Positions 9,134-19,400 of a DNA stretch of 64,000 bases are shown here, piece after piece. Source of the stretch: a virus; IMG/VR virus record IMGVR_UViG_3300007960_000014, positions 20,207 through 84,206 of that record. The stretch is one strand, 5' to 3'. The notes under the pieces were generated by a model, which did no database searches, had not been told where the DNA came from, and saw nothing but the letters and a program-made list of their open reading frames with translations. Positions within the stretch are counted from its first letter, which is position 1, and each line of letters begins with the position of its first letter. The translations under genes and the position numbers were made by a program.

Positions 9134-10020
9134 TATCCAAAGGTAGTGAATGCGGCTGGCGGTTCTTCGATTTCAGTTAGAAGCTCTTGTAATAGTGTAG
9201 CTTTCTCAGCTTCAGACTCTTGTGATAGTTGAGGACCATTTAGCTGTGCTCCACCAGCAGGAGAAGGTAGTGTAGTATACTTACCTCTTATTTGACCAAG
9301 AATACCTTTAGACACAGCGGTAGCATATCTTTGCAGCCAATTAATATAATAGTGGTGAAGTGTAGGAGTGTTTAGAGCTTTGAATATAACCACAACCTGT
9401 TCGTTAATACTCGTAGGGACAGGGAACAGCTGTAGGTATTCACCATTAACCACGTTAAACATACCCTCTCTACCTAGAACTCTTCTCATGGTTTTTAAAG
9501 AAGTTTGTAGGATAAAGAAATCAGCTACTCCAAAATCTTGGAACAAGAAGTTTTCCTGGAAATATTTAATGAAGAAATCAAACTCTAGAGTTCCTGATTG
9601 CTCTGCAATAGACAATAATGTTTTTTTGTATGCTGCGTATTGTAGATTATTTAAAACGAACTTAGGTAGTTTATATAAGCCTACACCCAGCTGTGTTTGA
9701 AACGTCATATAGTTTATACACCAATCAGGAGCATGATAATCTAATCTAGATATAGCTTCATCTATAGCAGTTAATATCTGGAAGTTTGTTAGTTCTACTC
9801 TTACTACTGGATGTCCTAATCTAGCTTTTACAGAATCTTTTATAATAGTATAAAACTCATTAAAGGCAACTCTATCGGTAAAACGACGACGATTTAGCGA
9901 ATCAAAATCAATTTCATTGCCAGAAGTGGTTAACGCAGACGCGGCAACTCCTGGGTCTTCTCCTACTCTAACGCCAAAAGTAGAGCCGTAGGAAGAATTA
10001 GGTACAACAAACTTAGCCAT
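9133..10020 (-). CDS. gp13: Neck / head completion protein, gp13-like
   Basis: RLGHPVVRVELT..QI..AIDEA and WLQRYATAVSKGILGQIRGKY..LPSPAGGAQLNG. Start moved to ATG 10020 because the longer ORF runs through a terminator and promoter. Confidence 0.85.
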   Translation of the reverse strand: MAKFVVPNSSYGSTFGVRVGEDPGVAASALTTSGNEIDFDSLNRRRFTDRVAFNEFYTIIKDSVKARLGHPVVRVELTNFQILTAIDEAISRLDYHAPDWCINYMTFQTQLGVGLYKLPKFVLNNLQYAAYKKTLLSIAEQSGTLEFDFFIKYFQENFLFQDFGVADFFILQTSLKTMRRVLGREGMFNVVNGEYLQLFPVPTSINEQVVVIFKALNTPTLHHYYINWLQRYATAVSKGILGQIRGKYTTLPSPAGGAQLNGPQLSQESEAEKATLLQELLTEIEEPPAAFTTFG

Positions 10021-10028
10021 GGGTATAC

Positions 10029-10038
10029 TATTATATAG
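10029..10038 (-). promoter_or_regulatory. Late promoter motif CTATATAATA (gp13)
   Basis: Between the capsid terminator and ATG 10020. No SD sequence. Confidence 0.6.
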
Positions 10039-10044
10039 CCCAAT

Positions 10045-10080
10045 AAAAAGAAGAAGCCCACTCAAAAAGAGCGGGCTTCT
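10045..10080 (-). terminator. Intrinsic terminator after the major capsid gene
   Basis: Minus strand AGAAGCCCGCTC-TTTTT-GAGTGGGCTTCT followed by TCTTTTT. Confidence 0.85.
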
Positions 10081-10102
10081 ATTATTAATCAGTCGTTATC
10101 CG

Positions 10103-11704
10103 TTAGGGAGCGACTTGGCTATTCAGAGATGCCTTAGCGAACGGAGTTAACAGGTAGTTAGAGTTCGCGCCGATAATACGGATGATTCGGTAGAATCTGG
10201 ACTCAGGTCCAATACCGACCTTGCCGTACCTAGTGAGCAAGCCCTTTCTAGGTTGGAAGGTTTCTGGGTCCGTAATGGTTGGTAGCATCTGGAGCGGAAT
10301 GTATGGGCAGTAGCAGTAGCCAGCATCCATAGGTGAAGAACCTTTGTAGCCCAGCATGATTTCATCATCTGGGTAAAGCGGGTCAACGTAAACGTCGAAC
10401 TGACCCATGAACTTACCTTTGTATTGGATGTTAGCACCGAGAGTGCCGATTTCCTCCTTAGGTGCGCCACCCTCAAGCTTAGAAGCTGAGTAAAGGATAG
10501 CAGCCATGAATGGAGAAGTAACAATCCAGTTAGCAGCACCACGCAAGGTACTCTTGTAGATATCTTGCGAAGCGAACTGAATCGCAGCCAACAAGTTGGC
10601 ATATACTTCACCAACGTGACGAGGAGCTAGACCAAGTGCACTCGTACCAAAGTCCACAAGAAGGACGTTTTGTAGCGAGCCAGCAGGGTTAGTACCAAAG
10701 TAACCGTTAGTGGAATCGTATTGGTCGGTAGTAACACCAAACTTGTTGGCATTATCGACACCATTCATAGCGTAATCGAATGCGCCTGGAGTAAAGTTTA
10801 CGCCATCGCTACCAAAGTTGTTAGCGTTAGGCTGTTCCAGGCTGCCACGATAACCCCATGCAGCAGAGTTCAGACCCCAATCGTAAGCTAGGTTACGAAT
10901 GTCTTCGATGATTTCACGGTCAATCTCAAGAGCAACTTCCTTACCAAGAAGGTCAGTCAGTTCACGCTCTAGGTCAAGGTTGTGATAAGCACGAAGGTCT
11001 TGTGCAGCCTCTAACGTCCAGAGAGCACGGAACTTACGGGTACGAGCCGTAACTGCCTGCTGTTCGATGTGGAAGTTAATTTGAGGAATAGCTGAACCAG
11101 AAAGTCTTTCACCAGCAGATACGTTGTACTTAGCACCGTAGTAATCAGTTGGAGCAACAGAACTTGGGAAGTTCGCAATGAAACCACCGACTGTATCAGG
11201 TGATGCAGTAAAAGCGTTACCAGAAAGACCAGATAGAGTCTTACCGCCAGCGCCAGCAGCGTCAGTGCTTACATCAAGTGCGCCTAGGTTACCCTGGGTA
11301 GTAGCAATCTTGCCTGCATAAGTGATGTTAAATCTGCTGTACATAGTGTTACCTTCACCACCGGCAGGGTTAGTAACTCGGTCACTACCTAAGTAGAATA
11401 CCTGAGAAACTGGACCTTGCATGGGCTGAACACCAGCAATCTTGTTAGCAATTAGTTCCGGGAACACGCGGCGAACTAGTGGGAAAGCGAACTTTTGAAA
11501 GGTACCGAGGTTGCCTACAGTAGTATCTTCTGAAAGCAAGCCGCCGTTCTCTTTCTGCATGTCAGTAAGGACGCTACGAGCTTGGTTTTCAAGAAGGACA
11601 GCAGTAGACTCGCGAACATACGCGTCATCAATACCCTCAAGAATAGGCTCCCACTTATGAATGAGAGGATTACCCTCTCTAGAATTTTCAGTGAGATATT
11701 GCAT
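10103..11704 (-). CDS. gp23: Major capsid protein
   Basis: KWEPILEG, AVLLENQ, PLVRRVFPELIA, GVQPMQGP, ARTRKFRALWTLEAAQDL, EIDREII, YCPYIPL and FQPRKGLLTRYG. Confidence 0.97.
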   Translation of the reverse strand: MQYLTENSREGNPLIHKWEPILEGIDDAYVRESTAVLLENQARSVLTDMQKENGGLLSEDTTVGNLGTFQKFAFPLVRRVFPELIANKIAGVQPMQGPVSQVFYLGSDRVTNPAGGEGNTMYSRFNITYAGKIATTQGNLGALDVSTDAAGAGGKTLSGLSGNAFTASPDTVGGFIANFPSSVAPTDYYGAKYNVSAGERLSGSAIPQINFHIEQQAVTARTRKFRALWTLEAAQDLRAYHNLDLERELTDLLGKEVALEIDREIIEDIRNLAYDWGLNSAAWGYRGSLEQPNANNFGSDGVNFTPGAFDYAMNGVDNANKFGVTTDQYDSTNGYFGTNPAGSLQNVLLVDFGTSALGLAPRHVGEVYANLLAAIQFASQDIYKSTLRGAANWIVTSPFMAAILYSASKLEGGAPKEEIGTLGANIQYKGKFMGQFDVYVDPLYPDDEIMLGYKGSSPMDAGYCYCPYIPLQMLPTITDPETFQPRKGLLTRYGKVGIGPESRFYRIIRIIGANSNYLLTPFAKASLNSQVAP

Positions 11705-11706
11705 TT

Positions 11707-12339
11707 TTACTTTCTCCCCTCATTAATCAATTGTGAGAGTCTAATAACATCCTCGGATAGGAAGCGATTGGCGCTTGCCTGCTCGGAGAGTACCTTTCGG
11801 TCTGGGTCATTAGTGATTACTACAGCGGATTCAGAAGACTTGAAGGGCAGTGAAGCTGCCTCTTCTAAGTTTGCTCGTTGCTCTTGTAGATTAGCAACGC
11901 CTTCTTCTAATTCCGCGTTGGATTCTTCAAGGGTTCTAACTTTACCCTCAAGAAGAACGTTCTCCTGTGCAGCGATGTTTAAGCTTTCGTTCAGACTTCC
12001 AACGGATTCCTCCAGTTCAGAAATCTTAGCTTCATACTCGCCTAAGGCAGAATTCATGTCTTCATGGTCTATGTCGGTTGCAACCAAAGTCTTAACGGCT
12101 TCATATATTTTTAAAGCGCGAGCATTCTCATCACTTGCTTCGAACTCTTGTCTTGCAGCATGACGCATCTCATCTAATTTAAGACGTAAAAAAGAACTAA
12201 CTTTTGATTCAAGAAGATTAACTTGCTCTTGAACTCGTTCTTCTACAACTTCATCAACCAGAGAACACACTTCTTCAACACTTTGCTCCGAAATACCTTC
12301 GGTCAAAGTGCCAATGATTTGTTGAATTTTGTTTTCCAT
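11707..12339 (-). CDS. gp22: Prohead core scaffold protein, gp22-like
   Basis: Acidic coiled coil between protease and capsid genes, with many L/I-x-E sites. Confidence 0.7.
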   Translation of the reverse strand: MENKIQQIIGTLTEGISEQSVEEVCSLVDEVVEERVQEQVNLLESKVSSFLRLKLDEMRHAARQEFEASDENARALKIYEAVKTLVATDIDHEDMNSALGEYEAKISELEESVGSLNESLNIAAQENVLLEGKVRTLEESNAELEEGVANLQEQRANLEEAASLPFKSSESAVVITNDPDRKVLSEQASANRFLSEDVIRLSQLINEGRK

Positions 12340-12354
12340 GGTTTCCTCTAGTAC

Positions 12355-12364
12355 AGTTATTTAC
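12355..12364 (-). promoter_or_regulatory. Late promoter motif GTAAATAACT followed by a GAGGA RBS (scaffold/capsid)
   Basis: Intergenic, upstream of ATG 12339. Confidence 0.55.
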
Positions 12365-12393
12365 TTGTTTAAAATCCAAACGCTAAAAAAATT

Positions 12394-13008
12394 TTACTTT
12401 TTGCGCAGTTTTTTCTTTAGCGCAGTAATAAAAACTTTTTCTGCTTTTAAGTTTTCAAGATTCTCTACTATATGCTCCCTTTGTTCGGACACTAGTTGAG
12501 ATTCTTGAAGGGTAGGGAATGCTCCCTGACAGGAGGGGTCGGACACCATATCCCATGTAATCATCTTTAGGTTGTCTCCAACTTGCATATGGTTTTCACC
12601 TACAATAGGAGTTAGTGTTCCGGTGCCTCTAGATGAGATACCAATCTTAACACCTGCCTTTAGTAGTTCTTGAAGAACTTTACCGGAAGGGGTGTTTAAA
12701 ATCTCTGCTTCTCCTATAACTTGGTTGCCTTCCATATGCAAACCAGTTATTAAATGGGAAGCATTAGTTAAGTGAACTACTTCATTAGAAGGATGGTCTA
12801 GCTCACCGACTAATCTTCTTTCGGCAATCATTTCCTGCAATCTATTAACTTCTCGCGCAAGAGTATCTTTTTTATAGATTCTTTTGTTACCATTCGCTTT
12901 TTCTGCCTCTTGGAACAGACCTCTAACTTTCATGTTTCCATTTCCGCCACGAGACTCACTAATAATTTCAACGTGACCAAATCCATAAAAATCTCTTAGT
13001 AAACTCAT
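12394..13008 (-). CDS. gp21: Prohead protease
   Basis: NGNKRIY, GELDHP, ASHLIT, ILNTPSG, GISSRGTG and WDMVSDPS are gp21 (U9 peptidase) motifs. Confidence 0.95.
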   Translation of the reverse strand: MSLLRDFYGFGHVEIISESRGGNGNMKVRGLFQEAEKANGNKRIYKKDTLAREVNRLQEMIAERRLVGELDHPSNEVVHLTNASHLITGLHMEGNQVIGEAEILNTPSGKVLQELLKAGVKIGISSRGTGTLTPIVGENHMQVGDNLKMITWDMVSDPSCQGAFPTLQESQLVSEQREHIVENLENLKAEKVFITALKKKLRKK

Positions 13009-13676
13009 TTCTTTCTCCTTTTAATTTTTTGTGGCTTTCCCGTAAAGTATACGGTTGAACTATCGGGAATCTTGGTTACAATGCCAGAGTTCCATGCTTT
13101 AGAAAACATCGGGTCTCCTTGAACTACATGCCCTTCGGCAACCTGAACTTTTTTCTTTTTCTTTTTCTTCTTATCCTTCTTAAGACCTGGGTACGAATAC
13201 GAAGGAGCAGGTGTATGTCCTGGTCCTCCCATATTCACGCCAATGGCACCTACCGTAGTCATTTCTTGAAGTATGTGTCTAGCAGCTTTAAGAACTTCAA
13301 TTTCTTCCTTAGTTAAAGTTTTCTTCAGCCGTTTCGATGCATGCCTATTTTGTTGCCCTGGGCGGAAGTTAGGGTCATTAATGTTCTTTAATTTCTTTTG
13401 AGCCTCCTTATCACCTTCCTCAGCCTTTATCTGCAAATCTTTCATTTTACCTTCCGCAAGTAAAGCAGATTGAATAAAAAGATTTCTTGCATTATCAGTA
13501 CAAGGAGGAAGAGCTTCGTGAACAGGAACTCCAGCGGAAGATGCCTTGGGTAATCTAGGGGATTGCATGGACTCATTGATGCTCTGAGTAGGAAAGGATT
13601 GAACATTACCTTCCTCATCAGAAACACCATAAGTGCTGAGTATTTCATCAGCCATTTGAGCCATGCTTTTTGCCAT
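13005..13676 (-). CDS. Hypothetical prohead core or internal protein
   Basis: Directly upstream of gp21, where T4 has gp67/gp68. INE, LAE, LQE and VAE sites, and a poly-Lys tract. Confidence 0.55.
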   Translation of the reverse strand: MAKSMAQMADEILSTYGVSDEEGNVQSFPTQSINESMQSPRLPKASSAGVPVHEALPPCTDNARNLFIQSALLAEGKMKDLQIKAEEGDKEAQKKLKNINDPNFRPGQQNRHASKRLKKTLTKEEIEVLKAARHILQEMTTVGAIGVNMGGPGHTPAPSYSYPGLKKDKKKKKKKKVQVAEGHVVQGDPMFSKAWNSGIVTKIPDSSTVYFTGKPQKIKRRKK

Positions 13677-14203
13677 TAGTTTACTTCCTTAACATAAAGA
13701 GCGTGCTCATACTCATCGTCTTCATCAACGACAATAAATTCACCGTTTTCATCTTCAGATAAGAAAGCGACAAAATCCGCATCCTCTTCACTCTCACAAA
13801 CAATGTAGTCTCTACCTTCAACGGTTAAAACAGTTTCGTTATCTTCTTCTGCTTCAACGTCTTCAGTAAGACCGACATAGTATTCACCTTCGATTTCGTA
13901 GATGTCCTCAGACAGTCCATACTCAACGTCATTAAATACTACGTTTTCAGTTATAACATTAGATTCAGTAAGTTGGCTGTACTGAGTGTCTGAAAGTTCT
14001 GCTAGCTTTAAGAACATAAAGTCTTCGTGCTCATAAACAGTTTCTTCCAAACCAAAAACACTACCATTGTTCTCGTACAGAGCGGGGATTTCTTCAGCCT
14101 CACCGACTGGAGCAGCTCCTAAACCTTCCATAAGGTGATTTACAAAATCTTGGGGAACTCCTTTAATGCCTAAAGAGTTGTTGTCTTGCGCGATATATTT
14201 CAT
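13676..14203 (-). CDS. Highly acidic hypothetical head-assembly protein
   Basis: 175 aa, very Glu/Asp-rich, GAGGAG RBS, translationally coupled to the next gene. Confidence 0.55.
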   Translation of the reverse strand: MKYIAQDNNSLGIKGVPQDFVNHLMEGLGAAPVGEAEEIPALYENNGSVFGLEETVYEHEDFMFLKLAELSDTQYSQLTESNVITENVVFNDVEYGLSEDIYEIEGEYYVGLTEDVEAEEDNETVLTVEGRDYIVCESEEDADFVAFLSEDENGEFIVVDEDDEYEHALYVKEVN

Positions 14204-14205
14204 AA

Positions 14206-14652
14206 TTAATTCTCCTCAACTAAAAGACGCGCACCTTCGGGCGTGGTCTTTACTATTGATTCTAATTTATCTAGTCTTTGCTTATACAAATCAACTTCTT
14301 TTTTTGTTTTTTTTGCGAAGTTAGTAGGTAAAGGCATATTATCTTTTGCCCATGTTCTAAACCTCTTACTTAGGAGCGGTACCACAACAAAGATAAGTAG
14401 GTACCAATAACCAACTTTTTGGAGAAGGTCACCTGCTTCATTAAGGGAAGAAGCTACCGGTCCTATTGGCTCCGGGTCAGAAGAGTCGTCGGGAAAGGTA
14501 CTTTGGGCTACCGCGACTCCTACTGCTGCTCCTGCTGCAGCTCCTCCTGGACCCGCTAAACTTCCTGCTGCTGCTCCGCCAGCACCGAAGCCAATCGGGG
14601 CGAGCATTGAGCAACTAGCAAACAGAAGAGTAAATGCGACTAGGAGCCTCAT
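14206..14652 (-). CDS. Predicted lipoprotein with a glycine zipper and an internal transmembrane helix
   Basis: From ATG 14652: MRLLVAFTLLFAS-C (lipobox), GAGGAAAGSLAGPGGAAAGAAVG, then YWYLLIFVVVPLL followed by KRFR. Confidence 0.65.
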   Translation of the reverse strand: MRLLVAFTLLFASCSMLAPIGFGAGGAAAGSLAGPGGAAAGAAVGVAVAQSTFPDDSSDPEPIGPVASSLNEAGDLLQKVGYWYLLIFVVVPLLSKRFRTWAKDNMPLPTNFAKKTKKEVDLYKQRLDKLESIVKTTPEGARLLVEEN

Positions 14653-14753
14653 ACCGCAAAAACACCAAGGACGAACCCCGCGACTAGAGCGAGGAGCCAA
14701 TCCCAGTTTCGGGCGATAGCAGCGTTCAGTTGTTCAAGAATGGTTTTCCACAT
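14649..14753 (-). CDS. Unannotated 34-aa single-pass membrane peptide
   Basis: MWKTILEQLNAAIARNWDWLLALVAGFVLGVFAV*. ATG lies 4 nt after a late-promoter motif, and the stop overlaps the lipoprotein start (ATGA). Confidence 0.65.
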   Translation of the reverse strand: MWKTILEQLNAAIARNWDWLLALVAGFVLGVFAV

Positions 14754-14757
14754 AATA

Positions 14758-14767
14758 AGTTATATAG
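14758..14767 (-). promoter_or_regulatory. Late promoter motif CTATATAACT
   Basis: 4 nt upstream of ATG 14753. Confidence 0.55.
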
Positions 14768-14773
14768 TATTAA

Positions 14774-16405
14774 TTATCCGCGTTGCAATGCAATTCCTGT
14801 GGTGTAGCCAACTACTTTGTAGTATACTCCCTCGTCAAACCTAAGAGGAATTTCATATTGAATCGCGTTATCCCCAGAATCGTCCCTTCCTACTGGTTGC
14901 CAGTTGGCACCTCCACCAGCGCCGGTTAAGTCTCGCGAACCAGCAGCACGACATGCCAGAGCAACGAACATTGCATATCCTGGAGCTCCTACTTCAAGTG
15001 TTCCTGCACCGTTTTCGAAGCCTCCGCCGTCAGGTCCAGCCTGAAATGCATAAGCGGTGAATAAAATGTTAGTGATTTGGCTATGTATGTTTTCTAACCC
15101 AGGAATAGTTTTAAGCTTTACGGTTGTTAAAGGTTTAGTGCCGGTAACATTACTAAGGATTGTGTATGGAGTTGAAAGCCAAGACACGGACGTACCTACT
15201 GTTTGCTCTCCAATAATAGGAATATTGTCTACTTGAGCTTGGAGAGTTCCAATTAACGTATTGAGCTGGTCTATTTGAGATTGAATGGTGCCTGCACTGA
15301 AGTTTCTATTAATTTCGTAGGCAAACTTTTTATTAATCGACCGTAGAGTAGTGAACGGATTTAGTATGTTAGGAGCATCAGCAGTAGCAATCGCCTGTCT
15401 TTCAGGTAATGTTAATTCATTAGACCTAAAGAATGGTCTTATATCAATGAGATTATCTTCTGTTAATGCCGTGCCTTCAATATAATTGAAAGGAACTAGT
15501 ACGTAACATATAGGTAATCCAAAACTACTATTGCTTTGGCTAGCAACATAATCAACTAAATCAGCAACATTGATAGACGCTCCATCAGGACTTTGGCGAA
15601 GCGGAGTGTTTTCATATCCTTTTGAATTTAAAATATCAGCAGTAGGAACAGTTGTAAATAAAGGTTTGCCATCTCCAGGGTTAGTCTTTGCTTCGATTAA
15701 TACAGGAGGTACATTATTTACATCCTGAATCATTGTTCTAGGATTGCTCTTTGTGCCAGTGTTTTCGTATCGAGGTAGGTCGGTTCCTGACCTGCCGAAA
15801 GCACCGTTAGCTCCTCTAATAAAATAAGCTCCTCGTAAAACAGACAAGGACGGGGTTCCTCCGTCTTGGTCTTCGGATTTCTCTGCTTTGACGTACACTA
15901 AGTCTAGTCTGTACGCAGGAGGCAGGGAGTCTGAATCTGCTGGGTAGTCCTCTACGTTTCCGGCAGAAATCGGAACACTAGGTACGGTGCCGTCTTCATT
16001 TAATCTTAGTCTAACTAAAGACGTTCTCGCAGTTCCGCTAGCAAGAAATTGCGCATTTGATTCTACGTCAGTGGTTTTTACGTCAGCCGTTGGTAAACTT
16101 AAATCCTGATTGTCTTGGGTTTCTTCTAGTCCCGTAAACCTGTCGGACGCTGAATCCATTCTCGCCAAAAAATTACCAGGGTTAACAAAGACTCTACCGG
16201 GGTCGCCGTCTGATAAGAAGGGTTTTAGTTCCCCGAATGAAGCTCGTCCCTGAGTAACATCCAATTGGGAGCGAAGGTCGTCAATCTGAATCTGAAGTCT
16301 CTCATCGTTCGTCAACAAATCTTGCAAAGGTAGATTATCGACCTCGTAGTAATACGGGTCGTTTGGTAAGTAATACCGAATATTTTTATTAATTTTATCA
16401 GTCAT
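14774..16405 (-). CDS. Tail fibre or baseplate-attached structural protein
   Basis: End of the baseplate/fibre operon. N-terminal YEVDNLPL motif shared with the upstream fibre gene, short coiled coils and a C-terminal beta domain. Confidence 0.55.
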   Translation of the reverse strand: MTDKINKNIRYYLPNDPYYYEVDNLPLQDLLTNDERLQIQIDDLRSQLDVTQGRASFGELKPFLSDGDPGRVFVNPGNFLARMDSASDRFTGLEETQDNQDLSLPTADVKTTDVESNAQFLASGTARTSLVRLRLNEDGTVPSVPISAGNVEDYPADSDSLPPAYRLDLVYVKAEKSEDQDGGTPSLSVLRGAYFIRGANGAFGRSGTDLPRYENTGTKSNPRTMIQDVNNVPPVLIEAKTNPGDGKPLFTTVPTADILNSKGYENTPLRQSPDGASINVADLVDYVASQSNSSFGLPICYVLVPFNYIEGTALTEDNLIDIRPFFRSNELTLPERQAIATADAPNILNPFTTLRSINKKFAYEINRNFSAGTIQSQIDQLNTLIGTLQAQVDNIPIIGEQTVGTSVSWLSTPYTILSNVTGTKPLTTVKLKTIPGLENIHSQITNILFTAYAFQAGPDGGGFENGAGTLEVGAPGYAMFVALACRAAGSRDLTGAGGGANWQPVGRDDSGDNAIQYEIPLRFDEGVYYKVVGYTTGIALQRG

Positions 16406-19400
16406 TATACTAAGGAATCTAAATCAAAGATGTTGAGTGAACGCACCCCAGGACTAAAATCTACGGCAGTAGGAGAACCATCTCTGCCTTCACCTCCCGT
16501 AGACACGGTGCTTCTGTATATAGATATGCCTCCAATTTGTCTAGTGGCTAGGTGTTTTGCATTTTGGAATAAGCAGGCTCCCGACTCATCTACAAAGTTT
16601 CTCATGTATCCTTGCCAATCTCCGTGAAGTGGTGGGATGGCAAACGCAGGAGAAGCAGTTATATTTGTTAAACCAGAATCAGTATTTTCAATATATGGGT
16701 TAATGTCCATACCTGAAGCGCTGCCTGGGTTAAAGCTAGCCGGGGTATAGTAGTTAATATCCGGGTTAACATAAGAAGCAACTCCCATAGTACCAGCAGG
16801 TAATCCAAAACCAAACACATAATCAGCTCCAGAAGTACTAAATCTGTCTTGGGTAGCTGGGTTTATTTGAGTGAAGTACCTTCTACCTTGAGCACCATTC
16901 GATAAAGCTCCAGGAAGCGAGTTACCTTGTCCAAAGAAACTCATATATCCTTGAGAGTTGATTTGGTCTAATGCCCAACCTTCCCCGTCAGCGCCGAAAG
17001 TATATTGGTAAGAGCCAGATGTTGGCGTCACACTATTTTGCCACAGGTCTGAGCTAACTCCATAGAAAGTTTTAACATCCCCTCTGTGTCCTAGCATCAA
17101 CCTAAAGATACCATAGTTTTGGAACCCAGCAGCTCCCACTTCACCATTATTGTTAGGGTTACCCGGAGTATACGTTGCATACCTTTGTGCCGCACCAAAT
17201 TCACCGAAATAATCCAAGGCTACTCCATTACCCCATTTGCCGGAAGGTCCATGATATCCTTTAGATACGCATTCCGAGTATGGGTTATTACCATTAATTA
17301 ATACATCTTGAACTTTGATTCTGGAAGTATCCGCGATATTCCAAATATGCAATCTAGTTCCAAAGCTAGATGCTTGGAAATGTATAGGAGGCATTTGTGA
17401 ACAATCTGAAGAGAAATCGTACTGATACTGATTGCCTTGACCTATTCCGCCTTCGTAAGCACCTCCACCTCCATTTCCTTGGAAACCTCCACTTGTGGCT
17501 TGGTCTCCCCAATCATTTCCGGGTTCTCCATCAGGATACTGTTCGCGTCCATAATTAGTAGGATTATAAACTACCCCTGATAAGTTGTGCTTATTAACAT
17601 CCATCTTAAAGTTTACACCAAGAACATCGATGTAACTTCCGTTAACAGCCCTTGCAACCATACCTCCCGTGGTAACGTTATCCATGGCTTCGGACGCGGT
17701 ATCAACAAGTAATCTACTTTGTCTGTGAGCTTTGCCCGTAGCTGAGGTTGCAGCATTGTACGCAGCTGGAGTGTTTGTGCTGAAGCCATTAGGATACGTT
17801 TGCACGTATGCTCCACTACAGGAACTCCACCACAGTGAAGACGTTATATAATTTTCGCTCTTGTAAAGACCTGAGTACTTGACTGATATCGAAGAAGGTG
17901 CTGTGCCTTGTCCTGCGGCTCCAGGAACACTGCTTACAAATCCGAACGGGAATCCGCCTAGGTTTTCTAATATAATTCCTGAGTTTTTATTTGCAACAAA
18001 GCAGGCTCTACTAGAGTGCACTTCTACCTGAGTATGATTTCTACTATCTAGGAGACCATACTTAACCACTTCCGGGATAGCTCCGTTTGAGGGAGTAGTG
18101 AACTTAACTAGAGAATTGTTATCCGCTAATGCGCCAACTCCAAATCTAGAAATTTTAGTAGGTCCAGTAAGTTCAATAGTCGAACCATTATCCGCACAGA
18201 TAGGGCTAGAAGTCCAGACTCGTGCTTGAGAACCTATAGTTCCTCCACTAGTATCCAAGAAGAATGTAGTATTAGACGCATTCGTTCCTCTAAACGCTAC
18301 TTTAGAACCGTCTGTTACGTAGGCGATTCTACCTTTGCCTGGAGAGTTCTCCTCGGCAGCTGCGCAGAAGTTAACTAACTCCACATCAGAGTTTCCTTCA
18401 ACAACCACACAAGGAACATCGGTTGCGCTGCCTCCATTATACCCGGCGTCATTCTTATACCTAGAATACTCCGAGCCGTGCCAAGTTGCAAAGCTTCCGG
18501 AAGCAGCATTATCAGTGTCGTTTCTTCCTTCGTAGTAATCTATTGATTGTCCTCCCCAGTTGCCCATGTAGTCTGGGATAGAGGAGGCATTTGTATCTTG
18601 GTACCAAGGTTTTACTGAAGAGTTGTTAGCTGCCCTTAGGTTCTGTCCATTATAGCTTACCGCAAAAGCGGGTTTGCTTTGTAACCAAGTTCCGTTAAAA
18701 ACCTGACCCCCGTTGGGTATTCTGTAATTTCCACCGGCATTATATCCATAAAGCTCGTCTCCTCGGTAGCCGTATACTAGTTGAGAGCCCTCTAAATTAA
18801 TGCCTAGTCCTTGGTTATCATCAGACGTAAACTGAGGAGACCTCATAACACTGTTTAATAATTTAAATCCTTCTCTATTATTAAACACATCCCAACGTCC
18901 CAAATAATTTAACTCAGAGTTAATAGCCTCCACGCCGTAGAGATAATTTTGATAGGATTGAATAATGCCTGTAGTATAATCAAGACCTCCAGCGTTAGGA
19001 CGAACTTCTCCATCTTGGAAAGTGCCTCCTTCAATTGTCGAGTTATTTAATTGAATTCCAATATCATTCTTAGCGAACGTAACTTGGAACCGGTTGAATG
19101 AGGTTAAAACCCCCGTGCCTAATGGGGTATCAGAAAAAACAATAGTAGAATTATTTGATTTCAGTCCCGTACCAAAATACTTTTTACTTCGCGTTCCATC
19201 AGTATTTTTTGGGTAAACTCTATAGGCAATCATGTTTCCCAAAACACCAATCTCGGAGTTTCTGAAACGGAAGCCGCTAGACCGTGTTCTACAAACCGCT
19301 GCGTTTTGTAAAATAATATCAGAAGAGTTTACGTCGAATCCGTGTTCCGTATTGTGGCTTAGCAAGAACGAAGCTTCAGAGTCTGTTCCACTAGCTCCGT

